Assembly (NCBI GenBank): GCA_040756235.1
Contig: JBFLZG010000105.1
Span: 40,883-104,882, forward strand
Direction: 5' to 3'
DNA length: 64,000 nucleotides
Origin: a bacterium
GTDB lineage: Bacteria > Desulfobacterota > DSWW01
The translations under genes were made by a program, and so were the position numbers. Below are positions 9,838 through 22,150 of the stretch, piece after piece. The notes below the pieces were generated by a model, which was given only the letters and a program-made list of their open reading frames with translations, was not told where the DNA came from and did no database searches. Positions within the stretch are counted from its first letter, which is position 1, and each line of letters opens with the position of its first letter.

Positions 9838-10476
9838 ATGCATCAGGCTCTCATGGGTCGTATTTTCAAGGTGGGTCTTACGTCCGTACTGCTCGCCGGG
9901 TTGTGGGGGTGCGGCGGAGGCGGTGACGATCCCGCGAACGGCAGCCCCGGGCTGCTGTATTCAGACCTGCAAGATCTGGACACAACGATTCAGTCTCACG
10001 TGGAGACCGTCGAAGGCGTCCTGGGCACCGGGGCCAGATCGGTGCAACAGGAAGCCGCCGCTGTCCTGACACCCGCGGACTGGGAGGCCCTCAGGGCCGA
10101 GAGCGTCGACTACAGCACGGAAATGAATCACATGCTGGGCAGTCTGGGCGAGGACGTGACCTCGGCGGGCGATTGTCAGATCTCTTACGGAGGCATGATG
10201 TACGGGCCCCCGGATTCAGGCGGAAGCTGCCCCTGCCAGTCCTATCTGGACGGGATTGGCCGGGAGCTCGACCGGCATCTCCGAGACATGTCCTCCTGGA
10301 TGGACCAGCACGACCCTTCGGGCTTGTGGCAGGAGATGATCCGGCACAGAGACCGGATGAGGTCGCATATCACTGACATGGGCTCTCACATGGAGCACCT
10401 CTACGGTCACGACGGATGGATGGATGGGTGGGACGAAGGGCACATGGACGACGGCCCCAACATGATGGGGCAGTAG
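9838..10476 (+). CDS. His/Met-rich lipoprotein
   Basis: RBS GAGGAGG; lipobox LWGC; C-terminus HITDMGSHMEHLYGHDGWMDGWDEGHMDD. Confidence 0.75.
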   Translation: MHQALMGRIFKVGLTSVLLAGLWGCGGGGDDPANGSPGLLYSDLQDLDTTIQSHVETVEGVLGTGARSVQQEAAAVLTPADWEALRAESVDYSTEMNHMLGSLGEDVTSAGDCQISYGGMMYGPPDSGGSCPCQSYLDGIGRELDRHLRDMSSWMDQHDPSGLWQEMIRHRDRMRSHITDMGSHMEHLYGHDGWMDGWDEGHMDDGPNMMGQ

Positions 10477-10575
10477 CCGGGAGTCACCCCGCGCAGAGAA
10501 GGCCCCTCTCCGGGGGTCCCTCCCTTCTGCGGGATAGCGCCATCCCCGATGTCACGACCTGAAATCGAAACGCGG

Positions 10576-10609
10576 CCTCACGAGAGGGTTCGAGCGCCCT
10601 CTCGTGAGG
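10576..10609. repeat. CCTCACGAGA-arm hairpin, copy 1
   Basis: 13-bp stem cctcacgagaggg/ccctctcgtgagg; related copies at 27922-27963 and 28827-28868. Confidence 0.75.
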
Positions 10610-10629
10610 GCTCGGGGGGAAGGCGCGCG

Positions 10630-10923
10630 CTACTCGTGTGCCGCGTGGCCGGACTTTTCGTCATACGCCTTCTGGATGGCGGACATGGTCTCGGGCGTGC
10701 ACATGCCGTCGACCGTCATGCCATGGTCCTTCTGGAACTGCTTGATCGCCTCCAAGGTAGCCGCGTCCATCTTCCCGGTGCAATCGCAGCTGTAATTGAG
10801 TGCCTTGAGGCTTCTCTGGACATCCATGATCTGGGCCTCGTCCACCTTCGCGACCGCCGCCACGGGTATCAAGGTCAACAGGAACAAAGCCACCATCATG
10901 GACCCGACGATTCTTCTCTTCAT
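10630..10923 (-). CDS. Small exported peptidoglycan-binding-domain protein with CxC
   Basis: RBS AGGAGG; signal peptide; VQRSLKALNY..TLEAIKQFQKDHGMTVDG (PG_binding_1-like); paralog at 28911-29231. Confidence 0.85.
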   Translation of the reverse strand: MKRRIVGSMMVALFLLTLIPVAAVAKVDEAQIMDVQRSLKALNYSCDCTGKMDAATLEAIKQFQKDHGMTVDGMCTPETMSAIQKAYDEKSGHAAHE

Positions 10924-11140
10924 CCGATTTCCTCCTTTTGTCTGGTGATTCGGCCTTTCCGGCCTTCCGTATGTCCCCCCCCACATCGCTCGCGGAAATA
11001 CTCTACCGGAATGACGGGCAAAGCCCCGGCTTTTTGCCCCGGCTGCCGCAGATCGAAGGAAAGCGCCGGACCGTGGTGTGAACCGAGATAACTCATAGAT
11101 GCTCGGAAGCTCTTTTGAGTCGGTTAGCGAAAAAGACGGA

Positions 11141-11264
11141 TGCACGGACGGTGCCATGGCAGGCGGCTGAAAAGGACTATCTGCGGAGTACAGCGGCACC
11201 TTCTCTTTCCGCAAGGGAATGAGCCCTAGAGACTATTCTTCAGCAACGTGCAGACTATCCTCCA
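11141..11264 (-). promoter_or_regulatory. sigma54 promoter plus tandem upstream activator-like sites
   Basis: Minus strand TGGCAC-CGTCC-GTGCA (11156-11141); TAGAGACTATTCTTCA (11227) and TGCAGACTATCCTCCA (11249), 22 nt apart. Confidence 0.55.
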
Positions 11265-11477
11265 CGCTCCCCCTGGCTCCCTGAAGGACCTCGAACCCGC
11301 AAGAAGACCATGGGGCAAAGAATCTGTCCTGGGGCCCCGTACAAAATCGTGAGCAGTGGTCAGCAGGAAGCTGCCATCACCGTGCATTCCGACCGAGGGT
11401 GCGGGCTTGCGCAGAGGGCCTGACGCTGCAACGAATACCCCCCCCGCCGGCCGCTGGCATGCTCTCTGCACCGCATA

Positions 11478-11753
11478 TTGGGAGGCTCCGGCCGGACGTC
11501 GCTCCTGGTGCCGGTCCTCAGGCCGGGTGCGGCCGGTTTGCTCGGGGGCGCCCTGGGCTCTGCAGCGGGAGTCCTCCTCATCGCGCTGGCGCATGCCTTC
11601 GAGCCTTCCCTGCAGCTGCTCATCGGCTCCTGGCATCTCCTCGCCTTCCTGACCGCGGCAACCACGGGCATCGGCATCCTGGCCGCCCTGCCCGTCTCTC
11701 TTATCGCCGCCCGAAAAGACCCTGTCTGCTCGCTCCAGCAGGAGAACGGCTGA
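11478..11753 (+). pseudogene. C-terminal fragment of an ABC transporter (FtsX/MacB-type) permease
   Basis: GAAGLLGGALGSAAG..GILAALPVSLIAARKDPVCSLQQE resembles a permease C-terminus; no N-terminal domains upstream. Confidence 0.55.
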
Positions 11754-11792
11754 CTGCAGGCCGGGGAACGGCCGGCACGACCATCCGGAGGT

Positions 11793-12863
11793 ATGCAAAT
11801 GAATGCTCTGCCCGAAGGGTATCTGTGCAGCGAGGCCGATCAGGACCGAGGCCGTTCCGAAGGCGTTCACCCGCTCTATCTCGCTCTGGACCTCGTCTAC
11901 GCAATGGGCCTCAGCCTGCTGGTGGCATACGCGGCCACGCCGCTCCTCCAATCCCCTCTTCCCATGGCGCTTCAGATGCTGGCCGCCATGGCCCTCGGCA
12001 TGGCTCTGGCCACTCTGGTCAGCTTCCTGGCGTCCGTCGCTCTTGGCATGTTCGAAGCCATGATCCTCGGCATGTGGACCGGCATGACCGCTTCCATGGT
12101 CGGCATTGCGGACTCGGCGAGCGCCTGGGCCAGGCTGGGGCCGGCTCTGCTCTGCGGAGCGACGGTCTGGGGCCTGGTCAGTCTCGCCAACTACTACTAT
12201 CGGTCGAAGCGGCCCGGAGTCAGGGCTCCGGCCGATGCTCCCGCCCCGGCAGTCGGGGCAGCCATCCGGAAGAGAAAGAAATCCCTGGCCTTCTGGGATA
12301 AGATCTCCCCTCTCTACGACCTGATCGTATGGGGATCGGACCGGCGGAACCAGCGCCTGAAGCGACAGGCGTTCTCCGGCTCGCACGGCCGCGTGCTCTT
12401 CGTGGGGGCCGGAACCGGCAGGGACTTCGACTTCATGCCTCCGGGACTGAAGCTGTACGCCGTCGACATCAGCCAGGGCATGCTCGAAAAGGCAAGGCCG
12501 AAAGCGGAGCGCTATGCGGGAAAGGCCCGCCTGATTCGGTGCGACATTGCCCGTGCGCCTTTTCCGTCCGGTTCGTTCGACACGGTCGTGACGTCCTGCG
12601 TGTTCTGCTCGGTCGCCGAGCCCGTCCAGGGGCTCCAGGAAGTCCGGCGGCTGCTCAGCCCGGGCGGAAAGCTCATCATGTTCGAGCACGTCCTGTCCCG
12701 CAATCCCTTGCTTTCATTCGTGCTGAGATCCATGAACCCCTTGTCCTCGGGGCCGGACTTCACCCGCGACACCGAGCGCAATGCGCTCGCAGCCGGGTGG
12801 GACACCGTGGAACATCGGAATGCTTACATGGACATCGTCAAGATCATCACCGCAGAGCGATGA
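11793..12863 (+). CDS. Met-rich membrane domain fused to class I SAM-dependent methyltransferase
   Basis: Several TM segments (AMALGM, GMWTGM); VLFVGAGTGRD, FDTVVTSCVFCSV, LSPGGKLIMFEH. Confidence 0.8.
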   Translation: MQMNALPEGYLCSEADQDRGRSEGVHPLYLALDLVYAMGLSLLVAYAATPLLQSPLPMALQMLAAMALGMALATLVSFLASVALGMFEAMILGMWTGMTASMVGIADSASAWARLGPALLCGATVWGLVSLANYYYRSKRPGVRAPADAPAPAVGAAIRKRKKSLAFWDKISPLYDLIVWGSDRRNQRLKRQAFSGSHGRVLFVGAGTGRDFDFMPPGLKLYAVDISQGMLEKARPKAERYAGKARLIRCDIARAPFPSGSFDTVVTSCVFCSVAEPVQGLQEVRRLLSPGGKLIMFEHVLSRNPLLSFVLRSMNPLSSGPDFTRDTERNALAAGWDTVEHRNAYMDIVKIITAER

Positions 12864-12944
12864 TCCGGCCGGAAAAGGCAGCTGACCGGGAGAGGAAGCA
12901 GGAGCGTTCCGTAAGAAGCTCCCTCGGGTTCTTTCAACGGCCGG

Positions 12945-13769
12945 TCAGGGGACGGCGATGACCGGACAAGCAGCCGCTCGCACCAGCTTGATGGCCGCGT
13001 TCCCGAACAGGAACTCCTGGGTCTTGGTCATTCTCGGCGCGCCGAGAACGATCGTAGAAAACGACTCTTGCCACTCGTCCAGGATTTTTCGGGCAACGCT
13101 CTCCTGCTCGATCTCGAGCAGCTCCAGCCGCAGGCCCTGCGGAGGAAAACCGGCTCGCTCGAGGAGCGTCCGCGCTTCATGGGCGGCCTCGCGGATCCTG
13201 GACTCGTTCTGCTGCTTCGCCTCTTGCCACGCCTCCTGAGAACGGAAGATGTCCCGAGAGGGCGCGCGCGTCACGCCCAGCACGGTGATCGCGGAGCCCT
13301 GGTCCGGGACGAAATTGCGTGCGATGAAGCGGGCTCCCCGCAGGCCCGTTTGCGGGCTGTCGATGCACAGGAGAACCCTCTGCCCCTTTTCCGGAGTAGA
13401 CTCGCCCGCGGCTTCGAGCCTTTGCCGGTGCAGGGCCGACAGGCCGGAAATCCTGGTGTCGCGGTACAGACCTGCAAAGTAGCCGACGGCAGCATAGACG
13501 ATCACCTCGAGCAGGTTGTCGATGTAGTAGTAGCTCCCGGCGCCGTGTCCGGTAACGAGGATCCAGGGTAGGAACAGAAAAGAAGCCACGGCGGCGACCA
13601 GCACCCCGACCTTGCGGCCGAACCAGAAGCCGGCCAGGAACACCGGCGCGAGATAGAGCTCGCGGTGCAGCAGATGCAGAACAGGGCTGTGGGTCTCGGT
13701 GCTGAAGTGAAGATACGAGATTCCTGCCATGAGCAGGACCAGGATGACGATCTGCTTTTTGCGCTGCAT
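12945..13769 (-). CDS. Membrane sensor-like domain fused to universal stress protein (USP) domain
   Basis: N-terminal TMs (ISYLHFST..LHRELYLAPVFLAGFWFG); C-terminal VLLCID...TIVLG..EFLFGNAAIKLVRAAACPVIAVP. Confidence 0.78.
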   Translation of the reverse strand: MQRKKQIVILVLLMAGISYLHFSTETHSPVLHLLHRELYLAPVFLAGFWFGRKVGVLVAAVASFLFLPWILVTGHGAGSYYYIDNLLEVIVYAAVGYFAGLYRDTRISGLSALHRQRLEAAGESTPEKGQRVLLCIDSPQTGLRGARFIARNFVPDQGSAITVLGVTRAPSRDIFRSQEAWQEAKQQNESRIREAAHEARTLLERAGFPPQGLRLELLEIEQESVARKILDEWQESFSTIVLGAPRMTKTQEFLFGNAAIKLVRAAACPVIAVP

Positions 13770-13843
13770 GTCGTGCTCTTGAAAACGGCCGAAGCAGACG
13801 GACGACGTGCCGGGGCGCACGCGAGCCCGCGATGACCGGATCC

Positions 13844-14812
13844 TCAGCTCGTAAGCTCTTCGCGGCAAGCCTGCAGCTGCTGGACGAGCTCCTCTACGCT
13901 CTCGTAGAAAGCTTCTGCTGCCTGGCTGAAAAACATCAACGTATCGTTCAGGGCTGCGGGAATATAGGGGAACACCTTCTTCAGGTTGACGATGCGGTTT
14001 GCCATCGCCAGGGACATGTCCTCCGCCTTCAGCTCCGAGGCCGGCCGCGCGTTCCCCTCTCTCCGGCCGGCCGGACCCCCGGGGTGATGGAAGCCCTTCC
14101 CCACCGTGAAGAGGAGCACGTTTCCCAGGCCGAGAAGATCCACTCCGAAAGGATTCTCCGTGTTGTCATAGGCGAAATCGAAATCGATCCAGCTCCACTG
14201 ACCGCTGTCCCGTTCCACGAAGATGTGATCGTTCCGGATGTCTCCGTGCAGCCCCCCTTTGCTGTGGAGCCTGCCGATCGCCTCGGTACAGCCGATGACC
14301 TTCTCGAGCAGTTCCGGGAACTGCGAGAAGAAGTAGCTCCTGTGGTCCAGCTCGAGCTCGCGCAGGAGCTCGAAGAGCGAGCTGCCCTGTATCTTGTCGA
14401 TGACCCGAATGGCGTTGCCCGCCTGATCGGTGACCGCCCTGCCCTGCATGAAGAAGGGATCTCCCTGGGTCAGCTCGAGGACGCGGGCTTCCTTCTGCGG
14501 ACTGCGGAAGCAGAGGATCTGCTCTCCAGCCACGGTCACCGGGAACGATTCGTGGAAGACGAGCTTGATGATCTTGAGCTGCCCCGTCTGGAGATCGACC
14601 GCCCGCTTGACCCAGAACTTCGGCTCTCCTTCCAGGCCGCAACGCCCCTCTACCTCGTCTCCCCTGACCAGGTAGGAAGCCCCTTCCAACTCGAGGATAT
14701 CTCCGGGTTGGATGCTCATGAACTCGGAGGCATCCTCGAAGACCCTCAACGGGCCTCGCGGAGCCAAGTGGGAGAACTCTTTCACCCTCTCCCGCAGCTC
14801 TGCTTCGGTCAT
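13844..14812 (-). CDS. Protein kinase-like (Ser/Thr kinase fold) protein
   Basis: KIIKLVF, catalytic loop HGDIRNDH, WIDFD, DLLGLG. Confidence 0.8.
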   Translation of the reverse strand: MTEAELRERVKEFSHLAPRGPLRVFEDASEFMSIQPGDILELEGASYLVRGDEVEGRCGLEGEPKFWVKRAVDLQTGQLKIIKLVFHESFPVTVAGEQILCFRSPQKEARVLELTQGDPFFMQGRAVTDQAGNAIRVIDKIQGSSLFELLRELELDHRSYFFSQFPELLEKVIGCTEAIGRLHSKGGLHGDIRNDHIFVERDSGQWSWIDFDFAYDNTENPFGVDLLGLGNVLLFTVGKGFHHPGGPAGRREGNARPASELKAEDMSLAMANRIVNLKKVFPYIPAALNDTLMFFSQAAEAFYESVEELVQQLQACREELTS

Positions 14813-14996
14813 GCTCTCATCCCCGACTCGCCATATGGTTTAGAGGGCGCCGCACCAGCACCGCGATTCTGGAAAATCCGACTGCGTTTGCCTCCGCGGG
14901 ACCGAGGCTCAGCCTCCCTGCAAGAAAGCGCTTGTAGATTATTCCTCACCAACGAGGGAAGATCGGCCGTCACGGCCTCTGCGGCCCGGCCGCTTG

Positions 14997-15203
14997 CTAG
15001 AAGCCGATCACCGCGTAACCCTGCATGGCACGTCCGAGCAGGAATACGATCAGCCAGGTCATCCCGAGCGTGGCAACCGCAAGCACGCCCTCTTCCACAC
15101 GGTCTCCGTTGAGTTGCCTGCGACCCACTCCTTTTCCCAGGTTCCATGCATGGACAGGACTCTCGATTCTCCGATGTCTGATGAGGTCACCGTTCGCTTC
15201 CAT
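14997..15203 (-). CDS. Small putative membrane protein
   Basis: GGAGG RBS before ATG 15203; hydrophobic C-terminal segment. Confidence 0.4.
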   Translation of the reverse strand: MEANGDLIRHRRIESPVHAWNLGKGVGRRQLNGDRVEEGVLAVATLGMTWLIVFLLGRAMQGYAVIGF

Positions 15204-15511
15204 GACCTGACACCTCCGCTTGGAGTCTGTTGCCGGGCAGACAAGACCGATGCAATTGCCGGACCGTCCGCGAGACCTTGGAAAATGGGTGGATCTGGGA
15301 GGAGACGACCGACCGAGATGTCGCCATGTCTACAGCAACTGTAGATTATTCGACGGGGGGCGGTGTGACGGTGCCGGGCGACTCCCGTCCTCTGGTCGCC
15401 GATCGCGCGCCTCTCCCAAAAGGGTCCCCGCGGGGCCAATGTGCCTCGGTCGCAAGGGCGAGGAGCCGATGCGACTCAGAGTATTGCTTGAGAAACGGAG
15501 ATCCGTGAGTC

Positions 15512-15527
15512 TGGCACGGTTGATGCT
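15512..15527 (+). promoter_or_regulatory. sigma54 promoter candidate
   Basis: TGGCAC-GGTTG-ATGCT; related palindromic sites upstream at 15319-15334 and 15340-15355. Confidence 0.55.
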
Positions 15528-15743
15528 GCGCTTCTCGAGCGTGACACCCTGTTCAGTGGAGACGGCCGGAGAAATCCGCAGGCCATGCTCCGGAACCCAG
15601 GCTCCGGCCAGAGAGGAGGCGCGACCATGAAGAGCCAAATACCCAAGCCGGGTTGCGCCATTCTGATAAGGGCTACCCGCCTGCGGTCTACCCTGAGAGG
15701 CTGACCGGAGGGTAGCCCCTCAGCAAGGAAAGGAGACGAAGCC

Positions 15744-16196
15744 ATGGAAGCAACAAGGAAGTCCAAGATCTCATTTCTGGCAGCCCTTGCCGCCGTCCTC
15801 ACCGTTTGCATCGGTTTCCCCACGATGTCTGCGGCAACCACAACGATGACGCTGACGGGCACCCTGGTGCCGCCAAGGAACGAAGTGGGCCTGAACGACT
15901 ACGTGCTCGAGCTCCGGAACCATAAGAGGGTGGTCCTGCAAGTCACGGATGCGTACGTGCTGACCCGGACTGGAACCACCGGGAACTCGAGTGCATGGTC
16001 GATCCTGAACCGGATGGGTAGCCAGAAGATCACCGTCCTTGGCGGAGACCAGGAGCTGATCCGGACCTTGACCGATCCCGGGGTCCTGTGCAAAGGAGTC
16101 CGCATCCAGGGAACGCTTTACCCATCCAGCGGGAGCTTTCTCATTTCCTCGTTGGAGCAGGCGCCCAGGGAGGACAAACCTGAGAGCTGCCCGTGA
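15744..16196 (+). CDS. Exported hypothetical protein
   Basis: RBS AAGGAG; signal peptide. Confidence 0.65.
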   Translation: MEATRKSKISFLAALAAVLTVCIGFPTMSAATTTMTLTGTLVPPRNEVGLNDYVLELRNHKRVVLQVTDAYVLTRTGTTGNSSAWSILNRMGSQKITVLGGDQELIRTLTDPGVLCKGVRIQGTLYPSSGSFLISSLEQAPREDKPESCP

Positions 16197-16412
16197 AGGA
16201 TGCCGAAGGCGCGTGTGCAGCCTGGGACCGGATGCCTCCTGGCGAGATGCCGGGAGGCTGGTCGATGAGGCAGGCACGCTCACGACGAACTTCGGACAAG
16301 AGGAACGAAACGCCCGACGGAAATCTTGCCACGGCCGCGGCTCTTCGGCACTTTCTCCAAGCTCTGGGGACCGCGGCCCCCGAGATCCCGATCGGAAAGC
16401 CCGTCATTGCTG

Positions 16413-17057
16413 TCACCGCTGGGCTGAAGCGATGTAGAAGAAGCCTCCGTAGAGCTCCCGAATGCGCACCTTCTGGAAAGTGTTCTTCATCGCTTCCCAC
16501 GGCTTCCGCTGCACCAGGTCCGGAGTGATCCCAAAGGGGCGGGTGATCCACACACCGATCCTGGTCAGCCACGCGGGCGACCACTCCGGCTTCTTCAGGT
16601 CGGCAATGACCAGCTTTCCATCTGTGCGAAGATCCTGCGCGGCCCGGGCGACCACCTCTTCATATTGCGGCACCAGGGAGAGTGCGAGCACCGAGAGAAT
16701 CCCGTCCGCCGATCCCGGGAACGAGTACGTTGCGATGTCCGCCTGGACCAGCTCGACATTACCCCAGCCGTGCCGGCCCAGGCGCTCGCGTGCCCTGGCG
16801 AGCATGGGCACGCTGAGATCGACACCGATGATACGCCCCTCTTCTCCGACCGCATCACGCAAGAACCGGAAGTTCAAGCCGGTCCCGCAGCCGAGCTCGA
16901 TCACGGTATCACCTCGGCTGAGGGCCAGGTCCTTCACGGCCATCTTGCGGTACCGGGTCTCCCGGAAGCCGATCAGATAATACAGGTTTGCCAAGAAGTC
17001 GTACCCGCGTGCGCGCCTGCGGTAGAGATCTCTTACCTGCTCTTTGTCGAGTGCCAT
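16413..17057 (-). CDS. Class I SAM-dependent methyltransferase
   Basis: VIELGCGTGLNF, IIGVDLSVPML. Confidence 0.88.
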   Translation of the reverse strand: MALDKEQVRDLYRRRARGYDFLANLYYLIGFRETRYRKMAVKDLALSRGDTVIELGCGTGLNFRFLRDAVGEEGRIIGVDLSVPMLARARERLGRHGWGNVELVQADIATYSFPGSADGILSVLALSLVPQYEEVVARAAQDLRTDGKLVIADLKKPEWSPAWLTRIGVWITRPFGITPDLVQRKPWEAMKNTFQKVRIRELYGGFFYIASAQR

Positions 17058-17372
17058 TGGCTACTGCCGCCTTTCTGGGGGCGCGGAACACTCCCCACAC
17101 CACGCGGAGCTGGGGGTCTTTGGTTTCGATGCATGCAACGGACGCGGTGTCCGTCATCCGCGCCCCGGTAAGATAGCAGAAATCGCAGTCCTGAGCGCTA
17201 CGTTTCGCTCCCTCATGGCATCGTACGGACACCCCTTCCACTTTTGACTGCCTTCTGAGGACGCCGGATCCTGTGAAGCCATGCGGTGTCCGGGATCATG
17301 CTCACCGATTCCCCCCGTTCCCGGACACTGAAAAGCTGCTGACTGTTCTCAGAGGGAGAGGAGGGAAGTGAC

Positions 17373-18536
17373 ATGGGCCGCGGAGCCGGAGGATCCGCGT
17401 TTCTGCCGAGAGAATCTCTCGGAGATCTGATCCGGTCGCTGCAGGAAAGGGGCTACATGGTGGTGGGCCCCACCGTCCGGGGGGAAACGGTCCTCCTAAG
17501 GCCACTCGACGGAGTCGGCGCCCTTCCCCGGGGAAAGAAGGATGTCCAGGGCCCGGGACATTACCGACTGCACGAGAGTGGAGAGGATCTCTTCTTCCAG
17601 TGCACCGGCAGCCCGGACAGCCCGAAGCGGAGCTTCTTCCCGCCGCGCCAGCCGTTGTTCCGATTCCATACCGAAGCAGAAGGGTTCGCCTACGACGAGA
17701 CCGGCCTCGAGGCGCCCCGGCTCGCCCTGGTCGGCGTGCGCGCCTGCGACGTGGCCGCCGTTCTCATCCAGGACCGGGTGTTCGGCGCTTCCCCGGACCT
17801 GGCGGTGAGCCGCTGCGAGGCCGACCGGTACTACGGGCAGGCGCGCAGAGGAGCCTTCCTGGTGGCCGTGAACTGCACGGAGCCGGGCGCGACCTGCTTC
17901 TGCGCCTCCATGGAGACCGGCCCGTGCGCGCGCGAGGGATTCGACCTGGCCATGACCGAGCTGCGCAGCGGCTTCGTGGTGGAAAGCGGGTCGCAAGCGG
18001 GCGAGGAGCTCCTGGGGGAGCTGCCGGTCCTCCCGGTCTCGCCGGCCGAGCAGGAGCTCGCTGATCTGAAGCTCCAGAGAGCGTGCGAGCACATGGGCCG
18101 GCGCCTCGAGACCGAAGGCCTGGTGGAGATGCTGGACCGCACGATCGAGCACCCGCGCTGGGATCAGGTCGCCCGCAGGTGCCTGTCCTGCGGCAACTGC
18201 ACCCTGGTCTGCCCCACCTGTTTCTGCAGCACCGCTTCCGAAGCGAGCGGGTTGGAGACCGGCTCCTTCGCGCGCGACCTGAGCTGGGAATCCTGCTACA
18301 CCCACGAGTTCAGCTATCTCACCACCGGGCCGCACCGCAACACGATCCGGGGGCGGTACCGCCACTGGCTGCGGCACAAGCTGGGCACCTGGTGGGAGCA
18401 GTTCGGGACGAGCGGGTGCGTCGGGTGCGGCCGCTGCATCACCTGGTGCCCGGTGGGGATCGACATCACCGAGGAGGCGGCCGCCCTGCGCCTGGGGGAG
18501 GGGAAGGCAGAGCCGCGGGCAGGCTCCAGCTTTTGA
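17373..18536 (+). CDS. Group 3b [NiFe]-hydrogenase (sulfhydrogenase) beta subunit, 4Fe-4S
   Basis: [46 protein letters not shown]. Confidence 0.9.
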   Translation: MGRGAGGSAFLPRESLGDLIRSLQERGYMVVGPTVRGETVLLRPLDGVGALPRGKKDVQGPGHYRLHESGEDLFFQCTGSPDSPKRSFFPPRQPLFRFHTEAEGFAYDETGLEAPRLALVGVRACDVAAVLIQDRVFGASPDLAVSRCEADRYYGQARRGAFLVAVNCTEPGATCFCASMETGPCAREGFDLAMTELRSGFVVESGSQAGEELLGELPVLPVSPAEQELADLKLQRACEHMGRRLETEGLVEMLDRTIEHPRWDQVARRCLSCGNCTLVCPTCFCSTASEASGLETGSFARDLSWESCYTHEFSYLTTGPHRNTIRGRYRHWLRHKLGTWWEQFGTSGCVGCGRCITWCPVGIDITEEAAALRLGEGKAEPRAGSSF

Positions 18537-18557
18537 AATGTCCGGGGAGAGAATCCG

Positions 18558-19433
18558 ATGACCACCCAGTGGGAGCGCACCCGCGTGGAGCCGGTCTGCG
18601 GGCTGGAGTCCTGGCACCCGGTTCCCGCCAGGATCGTGGAGATACGGCCTGAGAACTTCAACACCTACACGATCGGGCTGGAGATCCAGGACCCGGCGGC
18701 CCGGGCCTCTTATCGGTGGCTGCCCGGCCAGTTCAACCTGCTCTACGCGCCAGGGGTCGGAGAGGCGGCCTTCTCCATCGCGTCGGACCCGGAGAGCACC
18801 GGGCCTCTCCAGCACACGATCCGCAAGGTGGGGTCGGTCACGCGCGCCATCGGCCGCATCGGCATGGGCGGCCTGGTCGGGCTGCGCGGTCCCTTCGGCA
18901 CGCACTGGCCGATCGACCTCCTGGAGCGCAAGGACGTGGTGATGGTCTCCGGCGGCATCGGTCTGGCGCCCCTGAGGCCGATGGTCTACTGGCTCCTGCG
19001 CCACCGCGAGGTCTGCAACCGCGTCATCCTCCTGTACGGCTGCCGCACCCCCGAGGACCGGCTCTATGCCGAGGAGCTCAGGCAGTGGGAGGCGGACCGA
19101 CGGATCGACGTGCTCGTCACCGTGGACAACATGACCGGCGCGTGGGCGGGGCCGGTGGGCGTCGTCACGCACCTGCTTTCGCGGCTGCGCGTCAACGCCG
19201 AGCGGACGGTGGTGATGGTGTGCGGGCCCAAGATCCTGAACCGCGCCGCGGCGTGGCAGTTCCTGCAGCTCCACGTGCCGGAGAACCAGGTGTTCGTCTC
19301 CCTCGAGCGGAGCATGAACTGCGGGTTCGCCCGCTGCGGGCACTGCCAGTACGGCGCCAAGTTCGTCTGCCGGGACGGGCCGGTGTTCTGCTTTTCCGAC
19401 ATCGCCCACATCTTCGGCAGGGAGGAGATCTGA
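18558..19433 (+). CDS. Group 3b hydrogenase gamma subunit, FAD/NAD(P)-binding
   Basis: [41 protein letters not shown]. Confidence 0.92.
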   Translation: MTTQWERTRVEPVCGLESWHPVPARIVEIRPENFNTYTIGLEIQDPAARASYRWLPGQFNLLYAPGVGEAAFSIASDPESTGPLQHTIRKVGSVTRAIGRIGMGGLVGLRGPFGTHWPIDLLERKDVVMVSGGIGLAPLRPMVYWLLRHREVCNRVILLYGCRTPEDRLYAEELRQWEADRRIDVLVTVDNMTGAWAGPVGVVTHLLSRLRVNAERTVVMVCGPKILNRAAAWQFLQLHVPENQVFVSLERSMNCGFARCGHCQYGAKFVCRDGPVFCFSDIAHIFGREEI

Positions 19434-20231
19434 GGATGCCTGCGAAACCCAGCCTGCTGGAGGCCGGCGCGGAAGCCAGGCCGAAGCTGGCCGTCTACAA
19501 GTTCACGAGCTGCGATGGCTGCCAGCTCTCCATCCTGAACCTGGAGGAGAAGCTGCTCGATCTGGTCGGGGCGGTCGAGGTGGCCTTCTTTCTCGAAGCG
19601 CGCCGGCGCGTGCTGCCGCCGCCCTACGACATCGGGCTGGTCGAAGGAAGCATATCGACCCAGGAGGAAGAAGCGCGCATTCGCCAGGTCCGGCTCGACT
19701 GCAGGTTTCTCGTGACCATCGGGGCCTGCGCCACCTCGGGCGGGATCCAGGCCCTGCGGAACTGGGCCGACATCAGGGAGTACGAGTCCGCGGTCTACCC
19801 CGGGCCGGCGCACATCCGCCCCCTGGAGACCTCGACCGCCATCGCCTCCCACGTCTTCGTGGATTTCGAGCTGCGCGGCTGCCCGATCAACCAGGAACAG
19901 GTCCTGGAGCTGGTTGCCGCCATGCTGACCGGCAGGAGGCCCAACGTCCCGACCTACAGCGTGTGCATGGAGTGCAAGCGGCTGGGCTACCCGTGCGTGC
20001 TCGTCTCTCGGGGAATGCCCTGCCTGGGCCCGATCACCCAGACCGGGTGCGGCGCGCTCTGCCCCTCGGTGAGCCGCGCCTGCTACGGGTGCTACGGGCC
20101 GATGGAGCAGCCGAACATCGAATCTCTGGGCGCGTGGTTCACCAGGCTCGGCTTCCAGCCGAGAGATATCCAGCGCATGCTGCGGAACTTCAACGGCTAC
20201 CTGGAACCTTTCAAGCAGGCGAGTGATCGTT

Positions 20232-21625
<1,394 letters not shown>

Positions 21626-21629
<4 letters not shown>

Positions 21630-22150
21630 GCCGCGACGGCCCCGCTCCTCCTGCTTCGGCTCCAGCCCCGGCCCCCCTTCTGGTCATTCTCTGCGGAAAC
21701 CCCCTTGCCGGAGACGATGCTTTCGGGTCGCTGGTGGCGCGCGGTCTGGAGGCACGGGCTCCGGCCGGGGTGGAGTGGGTGGCGGCCGCGCTCTGCCCCG
21801 CCTTCCGCGCGATCGATCTCCTTGCCGGCCGGCGTGCGATCCGGGTCGTGGACGCGGTCCGCTGGCCGGGTGTCGAGGCCGGGCGGCTGATCGATCTCGG
21901 CTGGTTCGAGGGGGTGCGGCCGCACCTGGAGAGCGAGACGGTGGTGAGCACCCACCGGCTCTCCGTGGCCCTCGAGCTGGATCTGGCAGACTCGCTTGGG
22001 CTGCTTCCGCATGACGTGCGCCTTCTGGGCGTCACGATCGGGCCGGCGGGAAAGACGGGGACCCGCCCGTCCCCGGCCGTGGAGCAAGCGGCGCGCTGGG
22101 TGCTTCGAAAGATCGAGGCCGAAGCCGCGCGCGCGTTATCGAGCATTTGA
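21626..22150 (+). CDS. Hydrogenase maturation protease
   Basis: GTG overlaps large-subunit stop; GNPLAGDDAFG, VVDAV, STH. Confidence 0.85.
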
